From assembly GCA_041395005.1 (NCBI GenBank), contig JAWKHE010000003.1:104727-168726 (forward strand): 64,000 bases of DNA. Direction: 5' to 3'. Position numbers and translations under genes: made by a program. This document shows positions 1-12,989 of this stretch, in pieces. This stretch comes from Methanolobus sp. (GTDB lineage Archaea; Halobacteriota; Methanosarcinia; Methanosarcinales; Methanosarcinaceae). Below the pieces are notes generated by a model, which searched no databases, was not told the DNA's origin, and saw only the letters and a list, made by a program, of their open reading frames with translations. Each line of letters starts with the position of its first letter. The first letter of the stretch is position 1.

Positions 1-549
1 CTTGAGACAAGCTCAAAGAATGTCTGGGCATTTGGGGATGCCAATGGTACATATCTTTTCAAGCATGTTGCAAACCATGAATCAAGTGTTGTTTACTACA
101 ATGCAATATTGAAAAAGAAAATAAAGGCAGACTATCATGCAGTTCCATATGCGGTTTTCTCATATCCTGAAATTGCCGGTGTCGGAATGGCGGAAAGGCA
201 GGCTGTTGAGAAATATGGTGAAGACAATATTAAAATTGGTTTCTATCGATTCCAGGAAACTGCAAAGGGTGTTGCTATGTCTCTTGGAGACGAGTTTGTA
301 AAAGTTATTTTTGAAGGACAAACACAGAAAATCCTTGGTGCCCATATTATAGGACCTGAAGCTTCGGTGCTCATCCACCAGATAATTCCTCTCATGTACA
401 CCGAAGGTCAGGATGCCAGTCCGATAATGTATGCAATGGATATTCATCCATCACTTAGCGAGGTCATAAAAAGAGCATTCTACTCAAGGATGCCTCCTCT
501 GGAGTATCATATGATAATGCAGGCATATGGACTTGAAGAAGCTGAATAA
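1..549 (+). CDS. lpdA: Dihydrolipoamide dehydrogenase / pyridine nucleotide-disulfide oxidoreductase, C-terminal part (5' end outside window)
   Basis: VPYAVFSYPEIAGVG, ILGAHIIGP and IHPSLSE dimerisation-domain motifs; frame open to the window edge. Confidence 0.8.
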   Translation, partial: LETSSKNVWAFGDANGTYLFKHVANHESSVVYYNAILKKKIKADYHAVPYAVFSYPEIAGVGMAERQAVEKYGEDNIKIGFYRFQETAKGVAMSLGDEFVKVIFEGQTQKILGAHIIGPEASVLIHQIIPLMYTEGQDASPIMYAMDIHPSLSEVIKRAFYSRMPPLEYHMIMQAYGLEEAE

Positions 550-573
550 TTATTGAAATAAAAAGAATAAGAA

Positions 574-592
574 GAGAGAACTTAGTTCTCTC
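574..592. terminator. Hairpin between convergent genes
   Basis: GAGAGAACT-T-AGTTCTCTC perfect inverted repeat between stops at 549 and 605. Confidence 0.45.
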
Positions 593-604
593 CTATCCAT
601 TCAC

Positions 605-1471
605 TTACTTTTCAGGATTTGCATCTACCCATTTCTGAGCAGCTTCTTCTTCTGACATGCCATCTGCAAGATCTGACATAACGGACTGGATATCATCATG
701 GGTCCAGTTGAATCTGCCTATGATTGCATAGAGTTCTGGATCATCTTCAAGTCCTACTCTTGCGAGGGTTTCAACGTGGTCCGCTTCGCCGTAGATACCA
801 TTTGGATCTTCAAGGTATTTCAGGTCAAAGCTGTTGAATGCCCAGTGGGGTGACCAGAGTGTGACAACTACCCATTCCTCATCATCTATTGAACTCTTAA
901 GTTCAGCAGTCATACCAGCGCTGCTGCTTGGAACAAGCTCGTAATCAAGACTGTAATTCTCAATAGCTGTTTCTGTTGTCGACATAATTCCAGCTCCGGG
1001 GTCAATACCTATGATCTCACCATCGAACTGTTCCTTGTTGTCGTTAAGTTCTTCGATTGAATCAATTGTCACATATGTTGGGACAACAAGACCGATACGA
1101 CAGTCTTCAAGGTTCACTGCAACACTGTCAATGTCATCTCCATAGGTTTCCCAGTAGTTCTTCTGAGTCTGTGGGAGCCATGCTGAGGTTGTAAAATCGA
1201 ACTGGCTGTCTGCAAGTCCCTGATAGAGTGCGCCTGCATCAACAGCAATTATCTCTACATCATAGCCTGCCTCTTCAAGGACAAGTTTCATGACATTGGT
1301 GCTGGCAATTTCCCCGTCCCAGAGTACATAGCCAATAGTTGCTTCTTTTGTAACACTTGTTTCTTCGTCTGTTCCTGTAGCTTCGTTTGTTCCCTCATCA
1401 GCACAACCACTTACCATGACAAGCATAGCAAGCATAATTAATACTGAGAGGACTTTTATTTGTCTTTTCAC
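605..1471 (-). CDS. Glycine betaine ABC transporter substrate-binding lipoprotein (OpuAC/ProX/OtaC)
   Basis: Lipobox VSGC; AWLP, GIDPGAG and WSPHW motifs. Confidence 0.92.
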   Translation of the reverse strand: MKRQIKVLSVLIMLAMLVMVSGCADEGTNEATGTDEETSVTKEATIGYVLWDGEIASTNVMKLVLEEAGYDVEIIAVDAGALYQGLADSQFDFTTSAWLPQTQKNYWETYGDDIDSVAVNLEDCRIGLVVPTYVTIDSIEELNDNKEQFDGEIIGIDPGAGIMSTTETAIENYSLDYELVPSSSAGMTAELKSSIDDEEWVVVTLWSPHWAFNSFDLKYLEDPNGIYGEADHVETLARVGLEDDPELYAIIGRFNWTHDDIQSVMSDLADGMSEEEAAQKWVDANPEK

Positions 1472-1539
1472 TTAATCACAACATTTTATTATTTTATACT
1501 AAAACCATATGGTTTGTAAATATGAAAAAGAGAACCTGC

Positions 1540-2371
1540 TTACTTCTTTGGAGTCAGGTTCTGTGTCAGTCTGTCAAGTACGATGGCAATTATCACAATT
1601 GCAAGACCTGCCTCAAATCCCTGTCCGATATCAACCCTCTGGATACCAACAAGTACCTGATATCCCAGTCCACGTGCTCCAATCATAGCTGCAATAACTA
1701 CCATAGAAAGCGATAGCATAATGCACTGGTTCACACCTGCCATTATGGTTGGAAGCGCAACCGGCAGCTCGACTTTAAAAAGCTTCTGCATTGGTGTAGT
1801 TCCAAATGCAGTTGCAACCTCCTGCAATTCAACAGGGACCTGTCTGATACCAAGATTTGTCAGACGAATTGCAGGCGGCATTGCCGAACACAATAGTTGC
1901 AACAAGTCCCGGGACATTTCCCAGTCCAAAGAATATGACCGCAGGGATAAGATACACAAAAGGGCATAGTCTGCATGAAATCAAGGATAGGTTTGGTAAC
2001 ATGGAAAGCGGTCTCATTCTTGGCAGCAAGGATTCCAGTTGGAATTCCTATCAATAAAGCCACTAAAGCAGATGATAGCACCAGTGCTATGGTCTCCATG
2101 GAAAGTTGCCACAGGCCTCATGCTATCTATAAGCAAATCCAATCGCAGTTCCGACTGCAAGTTTTGTGTTTTTCTTTGAGACCAGAAATACAAGTACTGT
2201 AACAAGTATGATGAATACGATAGGTGGCAGGAACAATAACATATCCTTGAATCCGGATATGAGCATATCGATGAACTCACTGAAGATATCCATCAAAAAA
2301 CCGAAATTGTCATTAAGCCAGTAAATTCCTGTTTCTACTGTTTCCCCTATGGGAAGTTCAGGCAAGACCAT
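1540..2371 (-). CDS. Glycine betaine ABC transporter permease (OpuAB/ProW), split by frameshifts
   Basis: Consecutive fragments [52 protein letters not shown]. Confidence 0.9.
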
Positions 2372-3570
2372 CTTGATCGTCCTCCTTGATAGCCAGGGCA
2401 CCAAGTATGCTGCCTCTGACAATAACTCCTATGAGTTTCTTATTTTCATTAACCACTGCAAGAGGGCATGTACACCCGGACATCATAGGAATGATGTCCC
2501 TGACCGGTACATCAGGTTTCACAGACAGGACCTCTGAAATCAGTACATCCCTGATAGCTTTCTTCTCCTTAGCTGCCCTGGCAGCATCATCAACATAGAG
2601 TATTCCATGCACTATTTTGTCAGGGTCAACGACAAATATGGAGGAAAGTCCATGCTTTTTCATATGCTGTAGTGCAATTTCAGGTCCTGAGTTTATCGAG
2701 ACTACAGGATCAGGTCTTTTCATCACGTTCTCAGCAGTAAGTATTTTTGTCCTGTCAACGCCTGCAACAAATTCAGAAACGTAATCATCTGCAGGATTCG
2801 TTAGTATCTCTTCTGCAGTTCCTATCTGGGCTATAATGCCATCTTTCATAATAGCAATTCTATCACCGAGTTTTAGTGCTTCGTCAAGGTCATGGGAAAC
2901 AAAAACAATGGTTTTTTTCATCTTGTTCTGAAGTGCAAGTAATTCATCCTGCATTTCAGACCTTATTAAAGGATCAAGTGCACTGAATGCCTCATCCATC
3001 AGCAGAACATCAGGGTCTGTGGCCAGTGCCCTTGCAAGTCCGACTCTCTGCTGCATTCCTCCGCTTAATTGTGCGGTTTTACTGTATTCATATCCCTTGA
3101 GTCCGACTTTGGAAATTGCTTCTTCGGAACTGGTATATCTTTCATCCTTCGATACTCCCTGTATTTCCAGTCCGAAAGCAACATTATCAATAACCGTCCT
3201 GTGGGGCAAAAGCGCAAAACTCTGGAAAACCATGCTCATTTTATTTCTTCTGGCTTCCCTGAGTTCTTTGTCGTTCATGGTGGCAATATCATCACCATCA
3301 ATCAGGATATGTCCGTCACTTGGTTCTATTAATCGGTTCAGGCAGCGTAAAAGAGTAGATTTTCCCGAACCGGAAAGGCCCATAAGTACGAAAGTTTCAC
3401 CTTCGTAAACATCAAAACTGACATCATAAAGACCAACGGTCTGTTTTGTTTTTTCAAAGATTTCCTGTTTGGAAGCTCCCTTTTCAATCAGGGAAATTGC
3501 TTTCCGGGGGTTTTTACCAAATATTTTGATTAGGTTGCGGACTTCTATCTTCTTTTTTCTATGAATTGTA
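2358..3570 (-). CDS. Glycine betaine ABC transporter ATP-binding protein with CBS domains (OpuAA/ProV); start approximate
   Basis: GLSGSGKS, LSGGMQQRVGLARAL, LLMDEAFSALD; reading frame continues upstream of 3383. Confidence 0.92.
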
Positions 3571-3965
3571 ATACCTCAATTGAAAAAAATTATTAGAATT
3601 ATTCGTCTTTAGTTCTGATTAGATGACACTCATATTAATCTATCGTTTCCATTTGCCAAAATAGTTTCATTTTGTCATATTTTTCAAAAAATAAAAACCA
3701 TAAATGAACGTTTCTGGATATTATATAATTAGCAAGCACACATCCAAATTATCTTTTAGCCTGGATTATTTTTGGCAAAAGAAACTGGTTACAGTAATCT
3801 GAAATACCTATAAAAAGAAGGAAATTGACCTTTATATAATATCTAATTTTATGCCCACATTGACTTCAAAGTATCAAGTACATCCTGTGAAATGAAGAAC
3901 CTGACATCATCGAGAGGGATTTGTACGTTACCGTTGAAAGTAATCATAATTACCGGGTTTTCAGG

Positions 3966-5534
3966 TCAAGTTGTATCGAGTTCCCACTTGCCGGCAAATG
4001 CATCGTCAATATCAACATACTCTTCATCATCTACGTTGCCATTTCCCGGTTTGCTTGCCTCAAGGAGATCTACAGCATCCTGTGGAATGAATACTTTTCC
4101 ATTACCGTTGTCAGCTTTTGGTGCGTATACAACAACACCTTCGAGATCGATTTTCTCCGCCATCAATGGTCATTACGTCCTTGTTTACAGGAAGTTCAGC
4201 AATAAGTCCATTGTATTTGATTACAAGTACAGGGTTTGCTTCATCTGTGGTGTCAATCTCCCACTTCCGGGAATGCTTCTTCAACGTCGACAAAGAGTTC
4301 TTCACTCACACAGTCAAGCTCAAAACCAAATGCATCAGCTACACATGTTGCAAGTTCAGTGTTATCGAAAAGACCTATTGGTCTGTCAGGACCATATGAC
4401 CAGAGAGGTACATCTCCTCCAGCGTGTCCTCCAGTGGTCCATCCAATGTCGGCACTGTTTCCTGTGTTCCTGAGCGGATCTATTAGTTCTTCTACTGTAA
4501 GGTCAGTGTAGGATGTGCTGTAGTTTCCAATTGTCATACCACCGGTGTTGTGGTCAGGGAACACAAGTACGAGTGTGTGTCCGTTTTCCTCAGCAAAGTC
4601 AACAGCCACTTCAACAGCTTCACTTGAATGCAAGGAAATCGGTGACCATATATGCAGAGGGTCATTTGCATGTCCTGCCCAGTCAACTCATTGCCTTCAA
4701 CCATAAGGAAGAATCCGTCCTCGTCCTGTGAGAGCAGTTCAATGACTTTGAGGTCATATCTGCTATAGATGGTTCTTCTTGAACCCCCCACGGTCCATTT
4801 CCGGATACATATCTACTTGCAAACATCTCCATACTTTTCCCTGATTCAAGTTTCATCATCTCCTCTTCTGTCTCAACGAACTGGTATCCCTTTTCATCAA
4901 GTGCTGCAATGAGGTCTTCTCCGTCTGCGCGCCATGATGCATTGAGGAAGTTTACCTCCGGCAAAGACCACATCTACGTCATTATAAAAACAATCTGTTC
5001 AATGATGTCGTGATAGTTTCCCTGTCATCCACGTGAGCAGCAAAACTGCAGGTGTGGCATGTGGTATTTCAGATGTTGCTACAAGACCGGTAGACTTTCC
5101 TTCAAGTTTTGCACCTTCAAGAACGGTTGTGCTGGACGTATGGCTCAGCCATATCCTCTGCGTCAAGTGTTGAAAGAAGGTCATCGCTTCTTGGTCCCAC
5201 ACCGACAAATCTTGCTGTGGTTTTTTCACCGGTAGCAAAAGCGGTTCCTGCAGCTGCAGAGCCGGTGATGACTGAGTTTGCCATGTATGTGGACACCATT
5301 CCGGTATATGCTGTCAAGCTGGAGTTCTTCTCCACCGTACCATGTATACCGAATGTCCTGTCGCATCCGTCTGGAACCATGACAATAACATTTGATCCTT
5401 ATGTCGAGTCATTAATGCATGCAATACCCATTGGTACGTTGTCGGTGTCATATGAGCACTGTGGGAAACAAAGCTCCAATTAAAAGAAACTCTGCCAAAA
5501 TTAGTGTAAATAACAAGTTAATTCTCTTGTCCAT
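3966..5534 (-). CDS. phoA: Alkaline phosphatase, multiply frameshifted
   Basis: Fragments MVPDG, SAAAGTAFATGEKT, TGLVATSEIPHATPA, GFFLMVEG, DHNTGG, WTTGGHAGGDV. Confidence 0.85.
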
Positions 5535-5739
5535 AATATCATCCAACCTTTTCCAAGGTTGGCGCCGATGTGTCAGGTTCAGCATTTGTATTTTGCACCA
5601 ATAGAATATTTAGTTAAAAATTAGCATTCTTCTTATCACTAGGCTATATAAGAACTATTGTGGCAGTATTATTCTACAGACTCCTATAGATATATTTAAC
5701 TTAATATAAAAAAAGTAAAATAGATTTTGCTTCTTCTTA

Positions 5740-6485
5740 TAAGTTGTTGTAGTACATGACTTTCCCTGCTGAACAATGGCATTTATATCCTCGTCAACAA
5801 CCGGCCCAGGTGCACCTCTTACCAGAACCGCAGGAACGCTTTCCCCTGCTTCTCCCATTATCAACTGGGCAGCAGATACAAGGTTATCGGCAATTGCTTG
5901 GTGGTAATTGTCATTTCTTTTCCAAAAAGGTCATGTACCCCTTGCATCCTCTACGGGAATTATCCCGGATGTTCCAAGGGCAATACCAACACAACCAGTC
6001 TCAGGGCTGTGTCCGGCTGTCCCCGACAATGACACCGATATTGCATTTGCATTTCTTTTAATTTCTGCGAATCCTTCCTGCAATTTTCTGCATCTTCAGG
6101 AAGAAGAAACTACATGTCCATCAGGTGCGTTAGAACCATCTATCCTGGTATTTGGTGCAAGTGTACTTTGTGATTGTGGGTGCAGCACCGGGAACGCCAC
6201 CAAATATTTCATCACATCTGAAGTATGAGTTCCATTTCCCTTTTGGGTCAAGCTGGTACTGCCTGTTGCTGTTCCTTTGCTTTCTCTCCAACTTCTATGT
6301 CGTCAAGAAAGACAAGCCTGCCTTCAGCTGTTGTAAGGTGGATTCCGCAATTATTAGTATGTCATTGTCCTGGAACTGCATTCCCTGTTTTTCCAGAGAA
6401 CAGATAATAATCCTGAAATATCATCCCTGGGTTCACTAGTGGTGTGTTTTATGCCAAACATCTGCAAGGATGGGAACGCCTGCAT
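5740..6485 (-). CDS. CofE-family gamma-glutamyl ligase (F420-0:L-glutamate ligase-like), frameshifted; 3' end approximate
   Basis: C-terminal IMGEAGESVPAVLVRG; start ATGCAGGCGTTCCC at 6485 abuts the end of the thiC-like gene. Confidence 0.7.
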
Positions 6486-7730
6486 TAGTTATCTCCAGTG
6501 TGAGGTAATTTTTCATTATTTTTATGGCACAGTAATCCCCGCACATGGTACAGGGTCCTTCATCAGGACATAGCTGTGAAGGCCCGTCCGGGTCAATTGC
6601 AATTTCTGGCCTTCGTCCTGTAGCCCAAAAGAAAGCTTCCTTTGTGGCAAGCATGAGGTCACTGTCGTTTAAACCGTATTTCATGGAATCCCCTATATGT
6701 GCTGCTATCCTGAAAGCGATCAATCCCTCACCTGCTGTGGACTGGGTAAAGAAAGATGCTCTGCCGGAGGATATGGTAATGTGCTGTAGTCTGCACTGGC
6801 ACCACTTGCCATGGGTCTCTACTGCTCCTGCGATATGATCGTGAAAGCTAACTGCATGAGCCAGCTTGGCAGGGATCCGCAACAAATAAAGGGAAGTCAG
6901 CTTTTTCTTTATATAATTTTACGGAACCCGGGATATCAGATGCCTGTATGTGACCGCCCATACCATTGATTATTACCTGTACACCCATTTCATTTGCTCT
7001 TTTTGCAAGGGCGGCGTTTGTTTCTATTTCCATAAGCTGGGAACTATCTTTTAGGTCATGGATGCATCCGCTTCTCATGGTGTTTCCCAGGGACAGTACT
7101 ACATCATTTTCCCCAGTATCTGGTATTTCATCAAAATGTTCTATGAATGGGTTTTCACAGTCATTGAGGAGCATAAAACTGCTGGTAAAAGACCCGCCTT
7201 TTGATACCATACCCATTATTCCCGTTGTTCCTCAGTGTTTCAAGTATTTTCCTTTCAACACAATGAATAAGTACTGAACTGACTCCTTCATCTACATGCT
7301 TCTTCAGGTAAGAAAGATGTCATCAAAAGTGACATTATCCATTCCACACTCAACAATGGTCTGGTAGATATAGGAACAGTTGTGACCGGGAGTTCTGTGT
7401 TTTCAAACACCAAGTTTCCTGATGGATGAAATATCTCCACCCATTGATAAATCTGTGATAGTAGCTGCACCATATTTCTGTGCGATTTTTTACCTTCTCT
7501 ATTTCAGAATCGATCCATAGCTGCGGATGATGTTCCAAGGTTCACATTAATCTTGGTAGCTGCACCTTTGCCTATTGCAACCGGCGTGGGCATCCTTTTC
7601 GTGTCATTATTACAAGGTTGCCTTCTGCAACTCTTTCCATTACTAAGTTTTCGGCCCTCTTCTTTTGCAACTTCTTGCCATCTCTGGTGAGGGTGCCGCC
7701 TCTGGCATGGTCTATTTGCGTTTTTGTCAT
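6436..7730 (-). CDS. ThiC/BzaAB-family radical SAM paralog, frameshifted
   Basis: KINVNLGTS, VSKGGS, LSLGNTMRSG, HDHIAGA, IAAHIGD and C-terminal CTMCGDYC cluster motif. Confidence 0.8.
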
Positions 7731-8600
7731 TGGTCGTTCTTCCTGATACTGGCCATTTCAAGTATTTTTTGTGTATTCGTATGCTTGCCAATAGGCATTA
7801 TATGTGCACCACGGCAGAGTTTCCTGAGTTCAGATATGGTTTCGGCGCAAATGGTCATACTTTCTTCAAGTGGCGTTTGATCTTTCCATTATCTGTATTA
7901 TATCATCAGGTACGCTGGATTCCCGGAATGTTCTGGTTCATGATATCGCGCTATTTTTGCAGATTTCAGGGGGATTACTCCGGCAATAAGAGGTATTTCA
8001 ATGTCAGTGGTGGATTCCACAAAGACTTCAAATTTAGCAATATCATAGACAGCCTGTGTCTGGATAAAATCAATTCTGCTTTTGCTTTTTTCCTTGAAGC
8101 TTCATCATCTGAGCCTTTGACGAATCGGTGTTGGTGACAGCACCAACAACAAACACAGGAGTGAATGCAGTTTGCTTCTGCAAGGTCATAGCCCTGTTTC
8201 ATCTTATTTATGATTGTAAGAAGCTGAACTGAGTCAAGGTCATAGACCGGTTTTGTTCCCGGATGATCTCCTTTTGTTGTGTGATCACCTGTCATGACAC
8301 AGATGTTGCTGATACCCATGGCATATGCCCAAGAAGATCGATTGCAGTGCAAGCCTGTTCCGTCCCTGCATGTCAGCTGCATGGATGCTACTTCGTGACT
8401 CACTAAGTGCCCTGCTTACTGCCAGTGGATTCATACGCATGATTGCCTTCTGGTTGTCAGTAACATTTATCGCATCAACCCATCCCCTGATAAGCTCTGC
8501 ATCAGTAAGGACTTCTTTCAGGTCTGTTCCCTTTGGAGGGCTGACCTCTGCTGTAATCAGAAATCTTTGATGTAAGTTTGTCTTTGAAGGTCCGGGACAT
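7727..8600 (-). CDS. metF: Methylenetetrahydrofolate reductase, frameshifted
   Basis: ITAEVSPPKG, AINVTDN, MQLTCRD, MTGDH, DLDSVQL; stop overlaps the thiC-like ATG (ATGA). Confidence 0.85.
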
Positions 8601-8779
8601 CGGGGAATTATATGCATGATTGGGTTTTAAAATCATCGCAGCAGTGATTCAAGTTTTTCCTTCAGTAGGAGGTATTTTCTTCTTTTGTTACCTTTTTTAT
8701 TTTCCAAAAAAGTAATTCATTAGTTTAATTTCAAAACGAAGAATTTAATAAAAGGAAAGATAAAAAAATCAAATATATG

Positions 8780-9591
8780 AAATCAGCTTCAGAGCCTGGA
8801 TAAAGCCAAGTGTTAATTGATTTTTGCAAATGACTTTATTGGGTAAGTTTCTCGATGAACCAACAGAAATGTACAATGATGTGTATCAGAATGCCGATAC
8901 GCTCTGGGATGATGCAGATGGCACTAGATGAAATGACTTGCCGGTGATTTTGAAAATAAACAAACAGAACTCCACAGATTGCCATAAAGGCATGTTGAAT
9001 TTAGGTGCAGGTGCAGGACCCAATTTGTTGGAATTAACAGAACATGCAGATGAGGTTGTATGTATTGATATCTCCTGACAGGTCTTGAACGAGCCAAGAA
9101 AAGACACGGTTCTGTATCATATATTTTGGTGACGCAAGGTGTCTTCCATTTAAAGAGATGTTTTTGACTAAGTGGGAAGGTTCTAGTAATTCTTCATCAT
9201 ATCTCTGAATATAATGATGTTTTTCGTCAATTACAGCATTGTGCAAAAAAAGAAATCATTTTTATGCTTTTTGTTGAACCGGGTATACTAAATCCGCAGG
9301 CTTTTGTTGTTAGAAATTTTTTTCCGACACCATTTCATGTTCCTGATGAAAACCATTTGTCCCTTATTCATTTAACAGGGAAATGAAATGTTTTTGGAAA
9401 GGGAAGTACAAAAACAAATCATTTCAGTGTCTTGACATATGGTGGAAGTCTTATTATTAAGTTCATTAGTTTAGCAGTTCCTTTTGTAAATTGAAAGAAC
9501 TGGTTGATAAAATAATTGAAAAGATACCTTTCTTAAGACAATTTGCCGGACAACTGGTAATAGAAGTGAAAATAGAGGTTGAAAGCAAGTA
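8780..9591 (+). pseudogene. Class I SAM-dependent methyltransferase, fragmented; ends approximate
   Basis: LNLGAGAG motif I near 8995, VCIDIS, GDARCLPF fragments. Confidence 0.5.
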
Positions 9592-10151
9592 AACCTGCTG
9601 TTTTTATAATACTATTTCTCTCATCAAAAAATTTGTCATTATTTCTGTATTATCCTATCTGACTTATAATTTCATTTTAGATAAGGATGCAGGATCATCT
9701 GACTTCAAGCAAAGAGCATAATGATCCTGCAGTTGGTACACTGGGTTCCCCACAAGACTCTCTATATTTATGCGGGGATAAATAGTAATTATTTAAGTTA
9801 TTAAGGAGCAGGCTGTGAGTCCCAACCGTTGAGCGGATTTGATATAAATTATTATCAATATCAAAACTAATCTATTTTTTCATCTGATTTAGCTGGTTGA
9901 GTAAATACAGATAAAACAAAGATCCAATTATCCATCCCAATGTGTAAAGGATAGTCTCTTCAGGTGTTTGATTAAGGTCTCCCAACGCTTTCCATAAACC
10001 TCTGTACCTATGCATTTGTATTTTTTAAGGTAATATGGAGGTAGAGTGCTACGAACACAATGATGAAGGTGCTGAATAAGATAGGTGCTATGTCCATGTA
10101 AACATCTGATTACAGGTTCTTGTCAGGATTAGAATCTGTTTGGTTAAATAT

Positions 10152-10613
10152 TCATGATTTTCCCATTCCCAGGTCTTCAATTCTTGAATCTCCTAAAATG
10201 GATGTGTGGGTAATCAAAAAAGATTCTGCATAAAGCCTACAAGTATCACCGGCTTTTCCCTTCAAGAACAAAACTCTTGACTGTAATGGTCTTCTTCCAT
10301 ATATTCCAGTGTAAGAGCCCTTGTACGCCAATTCATAATCCTCATAAAGTGTGCTTCTGGAACTGATATGAATCTCAACAGGCAGTGTTTTTTCAAGACC
10401 ACGGGGGTGTTCTTTATCGACATACATTAAGTCAAAAGAAAGATTTCCTCTGGTATGAGTTTCATTTATAGGTACACTATCCGTCCACTGCAAGTTGATT
10501 ATTTTTACATTTTCAGTCATTCCTGCTTCGGGGAACGGGAAGTACCATGCAAGTACCAGAATGAAAATGATTAATACCAGGATACCAAAACCAAAAGCGC
10601 TTTTTTCAGCCAT
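10152..10613 (-). CDS. Hypothetical membrane-anchored protein
   Basis: 153-aa ORF with an N-terminal hydrophobic anchor. Confidence 0.5.
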   Translation of the reverse strand: MAEKSAFGFGILVLIIFILVLAWYFPFPEAGMTENVKIINLQWTDSVPINETHTRGNLSFDLMYVDKEHPRGLEKTLPVEIHISSRSTLYEDYELAYKGSYTGIYGRRPLQSRVLFLKGKAGDTCRLYAESFLITHTSILGDSRIEDLGMGKS

Positions 10614-10619
10614 CCCATA

Positions 10620-11735
10620 TCAAAATAGATTGCAAAAGCTGCAATTAAAAGAACGATAAATATTCTCAGTATTATAGTCTGGATAAATGATATTTTGATA
10701 TTCTTTTCTTTATTGTTTTCATAGGTATTATCTGTGAAAGTATTCTCACTACCTGCAGATGCATGATATACGCCATATTTTGTGTTTGAGATGAATGTGT
10801 TGTTAATAATAAAATTGTCATTTATGCGTTCTTAATTGTAATTCCATTCAGGTTACCTGGAAAGTGTTATTTCCATTTAAAAAAGTTGTTTGAACAGCAA
10901 CTGCATTATATGTATGCCTGAATTCTCATTGCTTTCAAGAATATTGTTGCTGATTTGATTCGAGTTAGTATGCCATAACAGGAACCCACTCTGCTTATTA
11001 TTATCAAGTAAAGTTGTCAGTTATCCTGTTATTGTTTGAATCAATTATGGAGTCCATATTTATTGAAATGAAATAATTGTCTGTTATTAGATTATCATTT
11101 GATTTTCGAAGCCCAATTCCATATTTTTCATTGTTGCTACTTGTTATTAGCTATAATATTTTCATCTGAAAGGCTCAGGTAGAGCCCATTCGTTTTTAGT
11201 AATGAGATTATTCATCAGAGTCGTATTTAGATTAGTAATATTGTTCATGCATACTATTATATGGATAAAGTATTGTTCAGGATTAAAGACCCGACGAAGA
11301 ACAATTAAAAGACCATCATAAGTATTTGAGATTATATTGTTTTGAATAATTGAGTTATCAACGCTAAGCTCAGTAAATATTCCTGCTATACGGCTATTGT
11401 TGCTGTTTCCAGGAATTGTCAAGCCTGTACTTCAACATTGTCTGCAAGGATATGAATTATAGGTATGGATAAATTATCAGAACTAATTCTGACATCTTCT
11501 GTGGATTGGATGAAATAGATTTAATTCTCAGAGGCTTGTCAACGGTAATTGCTCCTGAATATGTTCCTCCATTAATCAGAACCGTGTTCTTGCAGAAGCA
11601 TTGTCAATTGTATCCTGTATTGATGAAAATTAAAATCTTCATCATTACCTACATTTATTGCATCAGCGCCTGTTATTCCGACAATAAAATGAAACGAATG
11701 CAATAACCAATGCTGTTCTTTTTTTTGTCATTCCC
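10620..11735 (-). pseudogene. NosD/CASH parallel beta-helix secreted protein, fragmented; ends approximate
   Basis: Asn/Ile-rich repeats (NNIISNTYDG, NNLITKN), typical of Methanosarcinaceae NosD-domain proteins. Confidence 0.55.
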
Positions 11736-12238
11736 CACTTTCTCCCTATTTTGCAGAAACAAAATGCTGAACTTAGTTTGAAGTCTCCGGGTGCAAGGAT
11801 CATGTACCAGTTTATGCTCAACATTGTATGATCCTGAGGTTGTCACTCCGAGTTCCACAAGACATTCGGTCTTTTCTGGGCATTGCAATTAATTATTAAT
11901 TTTATTAATTATTTATGGCCAAAGTTCCAACTGTTTACTTAACATTTGAATTAGATTAGAGATGAAATTGCATTCGTTACTAAAAATGAAAAGCAACAAG
12001 TGTTCATACAAAGGGTTTGATTTTCCAGTTCTTCTATCTTCAGCATTTTGAAGCCTAGCAAAAGAACACAAAATATACCGACAGCTATCAGTATATTTGC
12101 CCAGTCAAAAAAGCTTATCCCATAGAAACTTTTCATATTAATCTCTCCTTTTTTTGTTCGTGATGCAGGCAGCTATTATAAGGATAAATGCACTCAGCAC
12201 TCCACACAAGAAGGTATACTTTGGATGGTATCTGAAAT

Positions 12239-12780
12239 TTACATGTTCTGTTTCATTAAGCGTTTTCGTGTTTTGAATCTTGACAGCTGCTTTTTCTGTA
12301 TTTTCCAACGGGTCAGTATAACTGTATCATTTTTGGAATCAACTTCAAGAACCTGTTTTTGATACCAGTCTGCTGCATTATCATGGATTTTTACCAGACT
12401 TTCATCATCGTCGTCTTTTCCGGTCTTTCCTGTGTAGGAACTGGTCAATCCCTCTTCATTAATTCTGAAACAATAGGCAAGGATAACATCATTTTTCGAC
12501 AACCTAGAACAGAGTGGAATACAGAGGGATGCAATTTTCCGCATTCTCTTTGTAGCTTTCCATTACTGAATTTGTAGCCTCATTTACTTCTTCAATGGAA
12601 ACAGGATCAGAGTAATCCCTTACCATAGGACAGAATCGATATCTCCGTATGATTGTACGCTTTCATTGTCCGGTATGTCAATGATGTTCTGGGCATTTCC
12701 ACTGGGTACTGAATGGAGACAAAAAATATGATGCAACAAAACAAGGCTATTATAGTGTATTTATGCTATTATTCAACACA
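12239..12780 (-). CDS. Hypothetical secreted protein, fragmented
   Basis: ORF fragments in one orientation; no family recognised. Confidence 0.3.
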
Positions 12781-12989
12781 TAGTTCCCCCTTATATACCT
12801 GGTAAAATGGTTTTGGATTTCAGGCAATAGACAAATAATCATTAATTTATTTATTAGCAATGATTAAAATTTGAAAATGAACATCCTTTTGTTGTTGGCC
12901 TTTTTCTTGTGATTGATTGTGTGAAAAATAAATAATTTTTTGTCAAAATAGAAAAATTTTTTGAAAAGGCCAAAATGTCACAATTAGTA

